The notes: generated from the letters alone by a model not told the origin. 55,518 nucleotides of DNA from an uncultured Candidatus Berkelbacteria bacterium (GCA_963698075.1 OY969116.1:255492-311009); one strand, 5' to 3'. Positions 1 through 9,254 are shown, numbered from the stretch's first letter. Program-made: numbers and translations.

Positions 1-1218
1 TTTCTCTTCTGGGTGATTCCTGGAACGTGGCTTGCTCGGGACTTGATCTCGACACTAAGGAAGGATGCGGCCTACCAGCGTGCGCACCCATATTCCAAGG
101 CAAAGCAGTTGGCCGCTAATGCCTTCGCTGATCAGTGTCTGGTCCGGGCCAGGAAGCTGGGTGATGCCTATGGTCCCAAGGAGTACTTTACGGATCTGAT
201 GGCCATCCACGACCACTCTGTTGGTGTTTTTCTCGCTCATGACCGCATCGGTCAGATGCAGATGGTTTTGACTAGAAACAGGAATGCCGGCCGGGTCTCC
301 GAGAGGGAGTTCAAGATCTATCAGCAAATCTCCTTGAAACACCTAGACCCGCCGGATCCAGAATGGGTAAACAAGGGCACAGGCCCCAAGATCCTCTACT
401 GGTTGGTCTTCGCCTACCTCAAGATGATGCTTATCGCCGGCTTCACCTACCTCCTGCGGATGGTTGATGATCGCGGGATCCTGGAGACAGTGCTGGCGGA
501 CAAGCGGAAGTTTATCTTCGCTTTGTTCGACTGGCCCCATCAATGGGATAAGTACCCGCGCAACGTCGTTCGCGAGATCGTGGTTGAAGCCGAGCTACGG
601 CGGATTGGTGGCTTCTTCAGACGGTTCAACCCGATCGAACGACTGGCGATTCGCGAGATCGCCAACGCCCCTGACTATCAGGAACGTCTGGCCGCTCTTC
701 GCCAAGCCCTCCAGCCTGAGTGGCAACGGGGAATCCTCTTGGCGCTTCTGGGAACGCTGTTTTGTCTGATGTTCTTACCCAGGAGCCAAGCCAAGGAGAC
801 GGTCCAATCAGAAAGGTCAGCTGTCCACACCCAGGACACCCGAGCCGGACCGATACTCTCGCTTGCCGAGAGTCATCCCGACCACCCGGAAAGCCAGAAC
901 TGGAGCCAAACGGCTAATCTGCCTGAACCAGTAATCTGGATAAGACAGAAAGTCATACAGCTCCTGGCAAGGTTCACCACGCTGGCGCGCCAAGAGGTAC
1001 TGCGTGCCATTGACCATGTCCCGCTCCTTATCGCTTGGTCCTTTACCCAGTTGTTCGTGGATCAAGCGAAAGGAGATCACCGTGAACGTGAGAACATGGT
1101 TGGTGGTTGCCAACCTTATCGGCTGGTTGTCGTTGGCTGGCCTCGCCCAAGCCGCCAATCCGGCGGACGCGACATCGCTCTTCCGCTACTGCCCGGAGCT
1201 CTACCAGTACGCCTATGA
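1..1218 (+). CDS. hypothetical membrane protein (5' end may lie outside window)
   Basis: Frame is open from nt 1; first start is GTG at 13. High-GC codon usage and hydrophobic stretches (ILYWLVFAYLKMMLIAGFTYLL, ILLALLGTLFCLMFL). No family recognised. The last ~135 nt overlap the next CDS, so the true 3' end is uncertain. Confidence 0.4.
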   Translation, partial: FLFWVIPGTWLARDLISTLRKDAAYQRAHPYSKAKQLAANAFADQCLVRARKLGDAYGPKEYFTDLMAIHDHSVGVFLAHDRIGQMQMVLTRNRNAGRVSEREFKIYQQISLKHLDPPDPEWVNKGTGPKILYWLVFAYLKMMLIAGFTYLLRMVDDRGILETVLADKRKFIFALFDWPHQWDKYPRNVVREIVVEAELRRIGGFFRRFNPIERLAIREIANAPDYQERLAALRQALQPEWQRGILLALLGTLFCLMFLPRSQAKETVQSERSAVHTQDTRAGPILSLAESHPDHPESQNWSQTANLPEPVIWIRQKVIQLLARFTTLARQEVLRAIDHVPLLIAWSFTQLFVDQAKGDHRERENMVGGCQPYRLVVVGWPRPSRQSGGRDIALPLLPGALPVRL

Positions 1219-1729
1219 TGGCGGACCGTGGCATCTCTTTGCCATCAAGCCGCTTGAAGGCGACTGGTCACTGATGGCCTACAACTGGCACAGCGAAGAT
1301 GGCGAGAAGCGCGAGATGGAACTCTCCTTGACTAAGCGCTTCCCCGAGAGTGGCGTCCAAGTGGCGGGCATCGTCGATAACTGGGACGGTGGTTCGGATA
1401 ACACCAAACTGATGGTTGACTGGGCACGTGGTCCAGTGGCCATCGGCACCCTTGTCCCCGTCTCGGGCGATACGCCAATCAAGGTCGGGCCCCGGCTGAC
1501 AATCGGTAACGTCACGAGCTTTGCGACGTTAGCCGAAAGCGGCTGTGAGCCGACCAAATACGGCGCAAGCTACATCGCTAAAGGCGCCAAGCTCGAGGTC
1601 GCCTATGGTGGCGAGACCTGGTACTTTCGGGCCTCTAAACGTAACGGACACGTTACGACTGAACTCAGGACCAGGTTCGCCGAGACTGAAAGCTTCGTTG
1701 GCTTCAGTCTCACCTACTACCCCCAGTAA
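1082..1729 (+). CDS. secreted hypothetical protein (signal peptide)
   Basis: GTG at 1082 lies 6 nt after SD aaaggag. N-terminus VNVRTWLVVANLIGWLSLAGLAQA-A looks like a Sec signal peptide. Followed by a strong terminator. The track ORF 1004..1729 is in the same frame. Confidence 0.55.
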   Translation: MNVRTWLVVANLIGWLSLAGLAQAANPADATSLFRYCPELYQYAYDGGPWHLFAIKPLEGDWSLMAYNWHSEDGEKREMELSLTKRFPESGVQVAGIVDNWDGGSDNTKLMVDWARGPVAIGTLVPVSGDTPIKVGPRLTIGNVTSFATLAESGCEPTKYGASYIAKGAKLEVAYGGETWYFRASKRNGHVTTELRTRFAETESFVGFSLTYYPQ

Positions 1730-1766
1730 CCTCGCTATCGGCGGGCTACTGGCTTTCGACCCCCTT

Positions 1767-1800
1767 GCAGGGTCCCGCCAAAGGCGGGACCCTGCTTTCG
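1767..1800 (+). terminator. rho-independent terminator
   Basis: 13-bp perfect stem gcagggtcccgcc / ggcgggaccctgc with loop aaa, followed by tttcgtattt. Confidence 0.8.
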
Positions 1801-1803
1801 TAT

Positions 1804-2767
1804 TTAGGCCAACTTTTCTAAAAGTTCTTTGATTCCAACACCCGAAACTGCGGAAATTAAGAGGACTTTTTTATCTAATTCTTTCGCTATAATATCGCAA
1901 ATTTTGGCTGCGGCTTTCTCGTCCATTGTGTCGGATTTATTCAAAACCACTATTTCTTTTCTTTCGTAATAATTTTTCGCTCCACAGAGCCAATTCTTGG
2001 CGGATAGTTTCATAATCTTGGACAATATGTTCTTTATTAATATCAATTAAATGGACTAAAACGTTGGTTCTTTCAGTATGACGCAGGAATTTATCGCCCA
2101 AACCTTTTCCTTTTGAGGCGCCTTCGATTAGACCGGGAATATCAGCAACCACAAACTGTTTCTCATGACACCTCACCACCCCTAAATTCGGCTCCAAAGT
2201 CGTGAAAGGATAGTCAGCGATTTTTGGCCGAGCGTTAGAAATTCGGGCCAAAAGAGTTGATTTGCCGGAATTAGGAAGGCCAATGAGACCAACATCGGCA
2301 ATTAATTTAAGTTCTAATTTTAAGGTTTTTGTCTCACCCGGCTCCCCTTTTTTAGCAAAAGCAGGGGACTGGCGAGTAGCCGTTGCAAAATGAACATTGC
2401 CCCAACCGCCGCGACCACCCTTGGCAATTAATACTCGCTCACCTATTTTGGTAAAATCATGAATTATTTTTTCATCAATCTTCATCACGGTCCCCCGCGG
2501 CACTCGCAATTCCAGATCTTGCCCCTGGCCACCCTTTTGTCTTTTTGGCTTACCCTTAACCCCATCCTCTGCCCGCCACTCTTTTTTTCGGGCGAATTCC
2601 GAAAGGGTATGGGTGTTATCATCACAAATGACAAAAATATCGCCACCATCTCCCCCATCGCCGCCGTCGGGGCCGCCCTTGGGAACATACTTTTCGTGGC
2701 GAAAAGAGACGAGTCCGTCCCCGCCTTTACCTGCGATTATTTTAATTGTCGCCTCATCGGTCAGCAT
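1804..2767 (-). pseudogene. obg: GTPase Obg/CgtA interrupted by a 1-nt frameshift (or sequencing error)
   Basis: ORF 2767..1937 has the Obg Gly-rich N-domain (GGPDGGDGGDGG), G1 GLPNSGKST and G3 DIPGLIEGA. ORF 2046..1804, in another frame, supplies G4 VVLNKSD and the C-terminus. The span is 964 nt, not a multiple of 3. The frames switch in the A-rich run near 1955-1965. Confidence 0.85.
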
Positions 2768-2833
2768 GTTTTAATTTTCAATTTTTAAATCTTAATTTAC
2801 AAAAAATATTCAAATCTCAATATCCAAACTTTA

Positions 2834-3187
2834 TTATTTAATTTTTGCAGAAATGCTTTGCAGAATTAAAGTTAGCTCATGACTTTCCTGCCACAGTATT
2901 TTAGCTTGTTTTCCTTCATTTGGCAAACATCTGATGATCATTCGAAGCCAATGTTTAGTCTCTTGAGCCTCTTTTTTAGAAATATTTATTTTGTTTTTGA
3001 AATCTTTTCTAGAACTGGCGGAATTAGCTTCCATATAATTGGCTCCGATACTTGTACCTGATCTTACAAGCTGACTTATTATTGGCCGAGTAATTATGTT
3101 TTGTGTTATGCTTTTACAAAAATCGATGATATTTTCGCCGAATTTGGCAGTTCTTTCCTCGAGATCATATTTTGAAATTTGAGGCAT
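2834..3187 (-). CDS. four-helix-bundle protein (23S rRNA intervening-sequence protein family)
   Basis: 117 aa with the typical pattern: FGENIIDFCKS, QLVRSGTSIGANYMEA, SRKDFKNKINISKKEAQETKHWL. Confidence 0.85.
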   Translation of the reverse strand: MPQISKYDLEERTAKFGENIIDFCKSITQNIITRPIISQLVRSGTSIGANYMEANSASSRKDFKNKINISKKEAQETKHWLRMIIRCLPNEGKQAKILWQESHELTLILQSISAKIK

Positions 3188-3228
3188 TGTAATTTAATTG
3201 TAAATTGTAAATTTGAAATTGAAATTTG

Positions 3229-4164
3229 TTAGTAGATATATCCCATAATTAATCCACCGCGAGCTGGAAGTGTTCTTCGGTCAACCATTCCCCAACCAAC
3301 ATAGTTCATCTCGGAAATGGTGATGCGTCCGCCACTGACGGCCTCGACATAAGCCACGTGACCCAGCCAAGACTCGTTAAGGACAACAATGGCGCCAGCT
3401 GCGGGCACGCTACCGGTTGAATAGCCGCTTCTCCTTGCCGAAGAAAGCCAGCTTCGGGCATTACCCCAGCCGCCAGGAACATATCGGCGCGTCGCCACAT
3501 AGTAAGTACACCAGCCATAGGGATAGGCGTTACTCTTCGAACCCGGAGCAGTTCGAACAGAGGCTCCGGCAACTTTCTTTTGCTGCAGGCTGGCTAATTG
3601 GGCTGGAGATAAATCCTGGGGCGGTAATTTCAGTTGTTGACCCGGCCGAACCAAATCTGAAGTTAAATTATTGGTCGCCTTGATGGTGGCAATCTTTAGT
3701 CCGTATCGCCAGCCAATAGAAGAGAGAGTATCCCCGCCAAGTACGGTATAAGTGATTGTTGTCGTTCTTTTGGTAGTAACCTGCGGCGCGACAGTCACAT
3801 TGGTGACTGCCAACACGGGTTTATCGAGGAAGCCCGAATCTTCCATGGCCAAGGCCACTGTCACCGGATCCTGCTCAATCCCGCCCGAAGCCGTATAGGG
3901 GCCAACTTCAGAAACCACTTGGGCAACTTCCGCTGGTGAAAGGTCCATCATCTCCGCTGAAGGTTGGTAGGTATAAGTTGTTTCCGCGGCTTTGGCAATA
4001 TCAGCCACTAAAGTAAAGGCAAAAACACCGACAATAGCCAAATAGGGAATGATTCTTCTTTGGGTAAAATCGACGAGACCTTCGGGGAGGCGGTTGCGAA
4101 GGCGCTTGGAAAAAATATTCAAACGTGAAGTAATTTTTTGACCAATTTGGGTAAAAATAGACAT
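3229..4164 (-). CDS. membrane-anchored LysM + CHAP domain peptidoglycan hydrolase
   Basis: N-terminal TM segment (IIPYLAIVGVFAFTLV). LysM (YTVLGGDTLSSIGWRYGLKIATIKATNNL..PGQQLKLP). CHAP (NAYPYGWCTYYV ... GHVAYVEAV). Confidence 0.85.
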   Translation of the reverse strand: MSIFTQIGQKITSRLNIFSKRLRNRLPEGLVDFTQRRIIPYLAIVGVFAFTLVADIAKAAETTYTYQPSAEMMDLSPAEVAQVVSEVGPYTASGGIEQDPVTVALAMEDSGFLDKPVLAVTNVTVAPQVTTKRTTTITYTVLGGDTLSSIGWRYGLKIATIKATNNLTSDLVRPGQQLKLPPQDLSPAQLASLQQKKVAGASVRTAPGSKSNAYPYGWCTYYVATRRYVPGGWGNARSWLSSARRSGYSTGSVPAAGAIVVLNESWLGHVAYVEAVSGGRITISEMNYVGWGMVDRRTLPARGGLIMGYIY

Positions 4165-4243
4165 AAGTATTCCTCGCCTCGTTAGAGGCGGGGGTACATT
4201 TCCCAGTGTATTTCAAGCAAGCAAGAACGTCAAGCCACGTGGC

Positions 4244-6127
4244 TTACTGTCCCAATTTCCGAGTTCTTTCTTCTTTTTTGAAGCATTCTAAAATATCACC
4301 AACTTGAATTTTGGTGGGAGTTTCGATTTTTAGCCCCGCTTCAAAATTTTCCGCCACCTCACTAACATCCTTTTTGTTCTGCTGCAAGTTAGTGATTTTA
4401 CCGGCGCCGATGGTATCTTTATCGCGAACAATTCTTGTTTGGGCGCCATTGGCAATTTTCCCGGTTGTCACTCTGCCGCCAACAATTTTTTCTTTTTTGG
4501 TGACACGGAAAACAGCCAAAACCTCCAACCGACCAAGCTCGACCTCGACAATTTCCGGTTCCAAAAGCCCGCTCAAAGCCGCTGAAAGATCATCAATCAA
4601 TTGATAAATAATTTCATAAATTTGAATTTTGATATTTTCCCGGCGTGCCAAATTCATCACTTCGGCAACGGCTTTAACCCTAAAACCAATGACGAGGGCT
4701 TCTGAGGCCACCGCCATGTTGATGTCTGATTCGGAAATATCCCCGACCCCCTCATGAATAACTTTGATTTTAACTTCTTGGGTTGATAAATTTCCAAGCG
4801 AATTTTTAATCGCCTCCAGTGACCCGTCAACGTCGGCTTTAAGCACAATCTTGAGTTCTTTGATTTTGCCCTTTTTGATATCTTGGGAAAGTTCGGTAAT
4901 CGAAAGCACCCGCCTTTTGATTGTTTTGGTCTTGGTCATCTCACGGGCTTCCTTTTCGTCTTCAAGAGCGATAAAGCGATCGCCAAAATTAGGCAGGTCT
5001 TGGAGGCCAGCGATTCTGACTGGCGTTGAGGGAAGGGCTTCACTTACGCGGCGGCCCAAATAATTTTCCATGATTCGGACTTTGCCATAGGTTTGACCGA
5101 TAACCAAAGGATCGCCGGTATGAAGCGTACCGTCTTGAATAAGGACGGTCGCAATCGGACCACGCCCGGCTTGCATATGGGATTCGATCACGACACCAGC
5201 TGCCGGCTGATTAGGATCAGCTTTGAGCTCACCCAAATCAGCCACCAGCAAAATCATTTCCAATAAGGCAGGAATGTTTTTGTTAAGCTTGGCACTCACC
5301 TCAACCATCGGCACTTTACCGCCCCACTCCTCGGCTAAAAGTCCAATATCCGATAATTGTCTTTTGGTCTTTTCAACATCAGCGTCAGGAAGATCGATTT
5401 TATTAATCGCCACCACCATCGGCACTTTAGCTTCTTTGGCATGATTGGCCGCCTCCACGGTCTGCGGTTTGACACCGTCATTGGCGGCCACTACCAAAAC
5501 GACCACGTCAGTGATGTTGGCGCCGTGAGCCCGCATTGCTGAAAAAGCTTCGTGACCCGGAGTGTCTAAAAAGGTAATGGTCCGCTCTTTTTGAGTTTTG
5601 TCCTTAATTTTTTTGGGCCTGATCGTCACTTGGTAGGCGCCGATGTGTTGAGTGATCCCGCCCGATTCGGTCGAGATGACATCAGTTTGGCGAATGGCGT
5701 CAAGTAATTTAGTTTTGCCATGGTCAACATGGCCCATCACTGTCACTACTGGCGGCCGGGTTTTTAAGTTCTTTTTGATTTTCTTTTCTTCTGTTTTTAC
5801 TTTTTCGCTTTGACTTTTTAGTTTAATTTCGTATCCCAGCTCATCGCCAATAATCGCCATGGTATCAAAATCAATTGATTCATTAATCGTTGCCATGACG
5901 CCGTTTTTCATCAAGGAGGCAATGACTTCGGTCACCGGCTGTTGCAAAGTTTCGGCAAACTCCCTTACCGTCAAAACTGAAGGAACCTCAATAATAACCT
6001 TGCTTACCGATGACTGACTACCGTCTACAGCGGTCTCATTTTCTGTAGTCTGTAGTCTGTTTGCGGTAGTCTTTGCCTGGGCTTTGGCTTCTTTTTTACT
6101 CAATTTTCTCTGTCGTCTTCTTGCCAT
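4244..6127 (-). CDS. infB: translation initiation factor IF-2
   Basis: 627 aa with G-domain motifs GHVDHGKT, DTPGHEAF and NKID, plus IF-2 C-terminal domains. Confidence 0.95.
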   Translation of the reverse strand: MARRRQRKLSKKEAKAQAKTTANRLQTTENETAVDGSQSSVSKVIIEVPSVLTVREFAETLQQPVTEVIASLMKNGVMATINESIDFDTMAIIGDELGYEIKLKSQSEKVKTEEKKIKKNLKTRPPVVTVMGHVDHGKTKLLDAIRQTDVISTESGGITQHIGAYQVTIRPKKIKDKTQKERTITFLDTPGHEAFSAMRAHGANITDVVVLVVAANDGVKPQTVEAANHAKEAKVPMVVAINKIDLPDADVEKTKRQLSDIGLLAEEWGGKVPMVEVSAKLNKNIPALLEMILLVADLGELKADPNQPAAGVVIESHMQAGRGPIATVLIQDGTLHTGDPLVIGQTYGKVRIMENYLGRRVSEALPSTPVRIAGLQDLPNFGDRFIALEDEKEAREMTKTKTIKRRVLSITELSQDIKKGKIKELKIVLKADVDGSLEAIKNSLGNLSTQEVKIKVIHEGVGDISESDINMAVASEALVIGFRVKAVAEVMNLARRENIKIQIYEIIYQLIDDLSAALSGLLEPEIVEVELGRLEVLAVFRVTKKEKIVGGRVTTGKIANGAQTRIVRDKDTIGAGKITNLQQNKKDVSEVAENFEAGLKIETPTKIQVGDILECFKKEERTRKLGQ

Positions 6128-6159
6128 AAGCTAATTTTAGCATTTTAAGATAAGGTTAT

Positions 6160-6200
6160 CAAGATAAACAAAACACTCCCGTACAAAGCACAGGAGTGTT
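6160..6200 (-). terminator. terminator downstream of purM-like gene
   Basis: Stem aacactcc / ggagtgtt. On the minus strand it is followed by tttgtttatctt. Confidence 0.5.
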
Positions 6201-6221
6201 AGACAGACTCATCAATGTATG

Positions 6222-7349
6222 TTATTCGCCCGGAGGCAGAAGAACTAGATCGCCAGCTGGTCCAAAGATTGTCTGGCGCTCGCCTTCCTCGACGCGACCG
6301 ACCTCCATGACTTCGTAGCCAGCCTTGGTACCAATTTCAATGGCACGGTCGGATTCAGACCTGGGTACGAAGATGTAGTAGCCCATACCCCAGTTGAAGG
6401 TGGTCAGACAGTCCATCAAGCTGACGCCCAACTCGCGCATGTATCGGAAAAGCAGAGGGATTCGGTCTTCGGGCAACCAGTCCGTAACTCGATATGTGAA
6501 GGGCCGCTTATCGTAGGCAAGCTTGGCGACGCCATCGCCGGTACCGGGAAGCAGCGCGTGGATATCGACTTTGGCTTCGAGCAAGGCTTCGACCAGGGCA
6601 ACGTAGGATCGGGTCGGAATGAGCGCTTCTTCGCCTAGGGTATTACCGTTCGGGAGCTTGGTCATGAAGACTTCTGACAAAGTTAGCGCTCTCTTAATCA
6701 CCAGTGAGATACCGTTGGCATGCAGTCCTGAAGCGGTCGCCCCGAGGATGATATCTCCCGCACTCAGCTTTTCGCCAGTCACCAGATTTCCGTATGGCAT
6801 AATGGCACCGGTAACACAGCCGGATAGCGACGGTGCGCTCTTGACGGGCGGCTCGGCCTTGATCAGATATCGCAGCGCCGGCGATTCGCCGGCCCCCAAA
6901 GCCATTCTGACTACTTTGCAAACCTGAAAATAGCTTTCGGCCAGATCCCGTGAGCGCTGTTGATCGGTAAACCAGTCGCTATCACCACCGGCAACTTCGT
7001 CAGTGTACATGACCGGCATAGCGCCGGCGGCAATACAATCGTTGACGGCCATCAGCGCCGTATCGATGCCGATGCCGTCGTAGAAGGTTCGTCCGGTGCC
7101 GGAAAACTGGTACATCCACTCGGCAATCCAGTTCTTATTGCCGAGTCCTTCCTGAGTGTTGTGCAAAAAGAAAGGAAGAGGACCGCTATAATGGTAGACG
7201 GCACCGTGGGAATGCGGTGTTTGAGTGATATACCAGCCACGGCGGTTGGGAAACCCAAGAGTCCTTCGGCCAGCCTCGGCCATCATGTCCTTGAAACCCT
7301 GAAGTTTGGTGTAATCGACTCCAGACTGCGCGTACTCACCTTTCGGCAT
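6222..7349 (-). CDS. purM: AIR synthase (PurM) family protein, phosphoribosylformylglycinamidine cyclo-ligase-like
   Basis: 375 aa, high GC. PurM-like blocks: YAQSGVDY, GIDTALMAVNDCIAAGA, GATASGLHANGISLV, LPGTGDG, TFNWGMGYYIF. SD aaggagag precedes the ATG. More divergent than canonical PurM. Confidence 0.7.
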   Translation of the reverse strand: MPKGEYAQSGVDYTKLQGFKDMMAEAGRRTLGFPNRRGWYITQTPHSHGAVYHYSGPLPFFLHNTQEGLGNKNWIAEWMYQFSGTGRTFYDGIGIDTALMAVNDCIAAGAMPVMYTDEVAGGDSDWFTDQQRSRDLAESYFQVCKVVRMALGAGESPALRYLIKAEPPVKSAPSLSGCVTGAIMPYGNLVTGEKLSAGDIILGATASGLHANGISLVIKRALTLSEVFMTKLPNGNTLGEEALIPTRSYVALVEALLEAKVDIHALLPGTGDGVAKLAYDKRPFTYRVTDWLPEDRIPLLFRYMRELGVSLMDCLTTFNWGMGYYIFVPRSESDRAIEIGTKAGYEVMEVGRVEEGERQTIFGPAGDLVLLPPGE

Positions 7350-7400
7350 CAGCCTCTCCTTGCGAAGTTCTTCCCCTACTTTTCTTTATATAGCAATTAA

Positions 7401-7751
7401 TTATTTCCATGTAAAGACTAAAGTTGTGGATACGAGAAGCGCGTTGGGACCGATTTCAATGACCGTCGGGTTCTCCAAAAACGTCTCATCACCAAAACCT
7501 TCTGGATCATAGGTCTTCCAAAGCAGCTCTTTGAGTTTCTGGTATTGCTCTTCCGAGATTGGGCCCGAAAGTCCAACATAGAATCCATGTTCGATATCAA
7601 TCAGCGGCTGAAAACCAAGAACTTTATAGATCTTGGCGGCGATTCGAAGGGCGGCACTATCAGAAAGTGCCTGGCGTCGAAAGAATCTGACGACGTCCAC
7701 TTCTTCACCTCTCAAGGTGCGAGATAGCCCAAAGGGCTCCGCGCCAATCAT
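7401..7751 (-). CDS. PurL N-terminal (PurS-like) domain protein; possible remnant of a large FGAM synthase
   Basis: Taken from the internal Met (MIGAEPF...). RFFRRQALSDSAALRIAAKI and IEHGFYVGLSGPISEEQYQKLKELLW..VIEIGP resemble the first ~110 aa of large-type PurL. The ORF stops right after the GP motif and abuts purM. Confidence 0.4.
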   Translation of the reverse strand: MIGAEPFGLSRTLRGEEVDVVRFFRRQALSDSAALRIAAKIYKVLGFQPLIDIEHGFYVGLSGPISEEQYQKLKELLWKTYDPEGFGDETFLENPTVIEIGPNALLVSTTLVFTWK

Positions 7752-8040
7752 AGCAAAAAAAATATTTGCATAGCAAGAGAAGACAAAATATTGAAAAAAA
7801 TGACGCCTCGTGTTAGCTTGAGAGCGAGACTGACAAGGGGAGCACCTAATGCCAGAGACCAAGGAATCTATGAGAGAGCTGTCTTATTACCTTCAGATGT
7901 TTGCGTTGGGTATCCTGACCGGCATTCTCATCACCAGCCGCCAACTGAGATCACCCTGGCTTATAGCCGCAACGATTAGTGCCGGCGTGTTAATCATCGC
8001 TACCAACCTCATCCTCCAAATCAGACACTGGCGGATAAGC

Positions 8041-8310
8041 TCACGCGCCTTGGCTCTTTGCCGCGAGCGCCACTATTCTCTTTGCTCTCGCCCCAAAGAT
8101 AAAGCCGGCGTCCACATTGTTGATTTCCAGGGTTTTTTTGACACCATGTGTGGTCAAAATGACCATCGCTTTGCCCCCGCCAACCTCGAAAGTATTCACG
8201 ACCCCACCCAACTTTGCTTTGAATGTTCGTTCCAACTCATCCAACTCGACCAATATGCCAACGAGCCCTAACGGCCGAGACACTGATAGTCTCGGCCTGA
8301 TTTGTATCAT
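8041..8310 (-). CDS. hypothetical protein
   Basis: C-terminal part of track ORF 8041..8724. ATG at 8310. The protein-like segment is LVELDELERTFKAKLGGVVNTFEVGGGKAMVILTTHGVKK... Start is uncertain. It competes with the overlapping plus-strand ORF 7849..8271. Confidence 0.4.
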   Translation of the reverse strand: MIQIRPRLSVSRPLGLVGILVELDELERTFKAKLGGVVNTFEVGGGKAMVILTTHGVKKTLEINNVDAGFIFGARAKRIVALAAKSQGA

Positions 8311-8341
8311 TAACAATAAACCGCCAGAGCTAGAGTTAGCT

Positions 8342-8662
8342 TCAGGCGGTTTCGGGCTCCCTGCGAGGGATCCCGTAGAGTGAGATCGCGGTGGAAATGA
8401 CATGGAGATGATCGACTGAAGAAGCCATCCTTTCTCGGTAAAGCTCGAGAAGCTCAACTTCGCAGCGAGGATCGTGAGGTGCCGGTACCCCGGCGCGATG
8501 AGACTTATCAGCATGAAGGAGGAATTCCTCAAGAAGCATGTCGGCAGCTTGTTCACTAATGAGAGCTGTTGCCCTCGCTTTACCCTCTTCGCCATGAGTG
8601 ACAATCGCCGAGGCAGCCTCCTTGAGGGCCTCAGCGGTGTAAGGGCAGTGATCCCAGAGCAT
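8342..8662 (-). CDS. hypothetical protein
   Basis: 106 aa. Strong SD gggagg lies 9 nt upstream of the ATG, and a consensus promoter is just upstream. Confidence 0.6.
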   Translation of the reverse strand: MLWDHCPYTAEALKEAASAIVTHGEEGKARATALISEQAADMLLEEFLLHADKSHRAGVPAPHDPRCEVELLELYRERMASSVDHLHVISTAISLYGIPRREPETA

Positions 8663-8696
8663 CCTCGTTCACCTCCCTTTGCGGGTATTAATGATA

Positions 8697-8724
8697 ATAT
8701 TAGACCTTTGAAAAAAATTGTCAA
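8697..8724 (-). promoter_or_regulatory. sigma70-type promoter
   Basis: Minus strand reads TTGACA, 16 nt, TAATAT upstream of the CDS ending at 8662. Confidence 0.5.
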
Positions 8725-8737
8725 ATATTAAACAGAA

Positions 8738-8765
8738 TCCGCCGCCCCATCCCGGGGGCGGCGGA
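8738..8765 (-). terminator. terminator of 8791..9111 gene
   Basis: Stem tccgccgcccc / ggggcggcgga. A T-rich run follows on the minus strand. Confidence 0.6.
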
Positions 8766-8790
8766 AACACTTGGACTTCGGGTTCGGTCT

Positions 8791-9111
8791 CTACTCTCGG
8801 TGAGGGTAGGGAGTGATTCCCTGTCCCTTCGGGTAGAAGGTCTTCGTGCCATGGGCCCAACGGGCCTCGACGTCGAGCCCTTCCTCGTGAACAATGAGAC
8901 ACAGCGCGTGGACGTGCTCGTCCAGTGTACCGGTGCTCCCGCCGATCTCCATGTATGGCGCCTTGCGGCCTAGAAGATCGATAGACTCAGACTGGATTGG
9001 GACGATGACGATCTCATCTTTGACCGGCTCCGGAACATCGGAGTCGACAATCCTCCGCATCACCGATCTTACCTTGGAGTCATCCATCCCATAACACTTA
9101 ACTGTCGGCAT
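8791..9111 (-). CDS. hypothetical small protein, possibly tautomerase-fold (DUF1904-like)
   Basis: 106 aa starting MPTVKCYG, with SD gggag upstream. It has a beta-alpha-beta-like pattern repeated twice. The fold assignment is tentative. Confidence 0.55.
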   Translation of the reverse strand: MPTVKCYGMDDSKVRSVMRRIVDSDVPEPVKDEIVIVPIQSESIDLLGRKAPYMEIGGSTGTLDEHVHALCLIVHEEGLDVEARWAHGTKTFYPKGQGITPYPHRE

Positions 9112-9183
9112 CTCGTGCTCCCGTGCATCAGAGTTACAGACACTTCATAATACCATATCTAGCAGCAAAAGTCAAGCTCAAAC

Positions 9184-9212
9184 TTGACCCATTTTAGGAC
9201 TCGTTATATAAT
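9184..9212 (+). promoter_or_regulatory. sigma70-type promoter of PfkB kinase gene
   Basis: TTGACC (9184-9189), 17 nt, TATAAT (9207-9212). Confidence 0.6.
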
Positions 9213-9254
9213 AAAAAGTCCGGGGCAGAAAGTTTTGCCCACGGAGGGATTGGT

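Noticed and set aside
7849-8271. 140-aa plus-strand ORF with two TM-like helices at its N-terminus.
   Set aside because: Its second half is Cys/His/Phe/Gln-rich and overlaps the more protein-like minus-strand ORF 8041..8310. A real short membrane protein cannot be excluded, but there is no stop codon to end one early.
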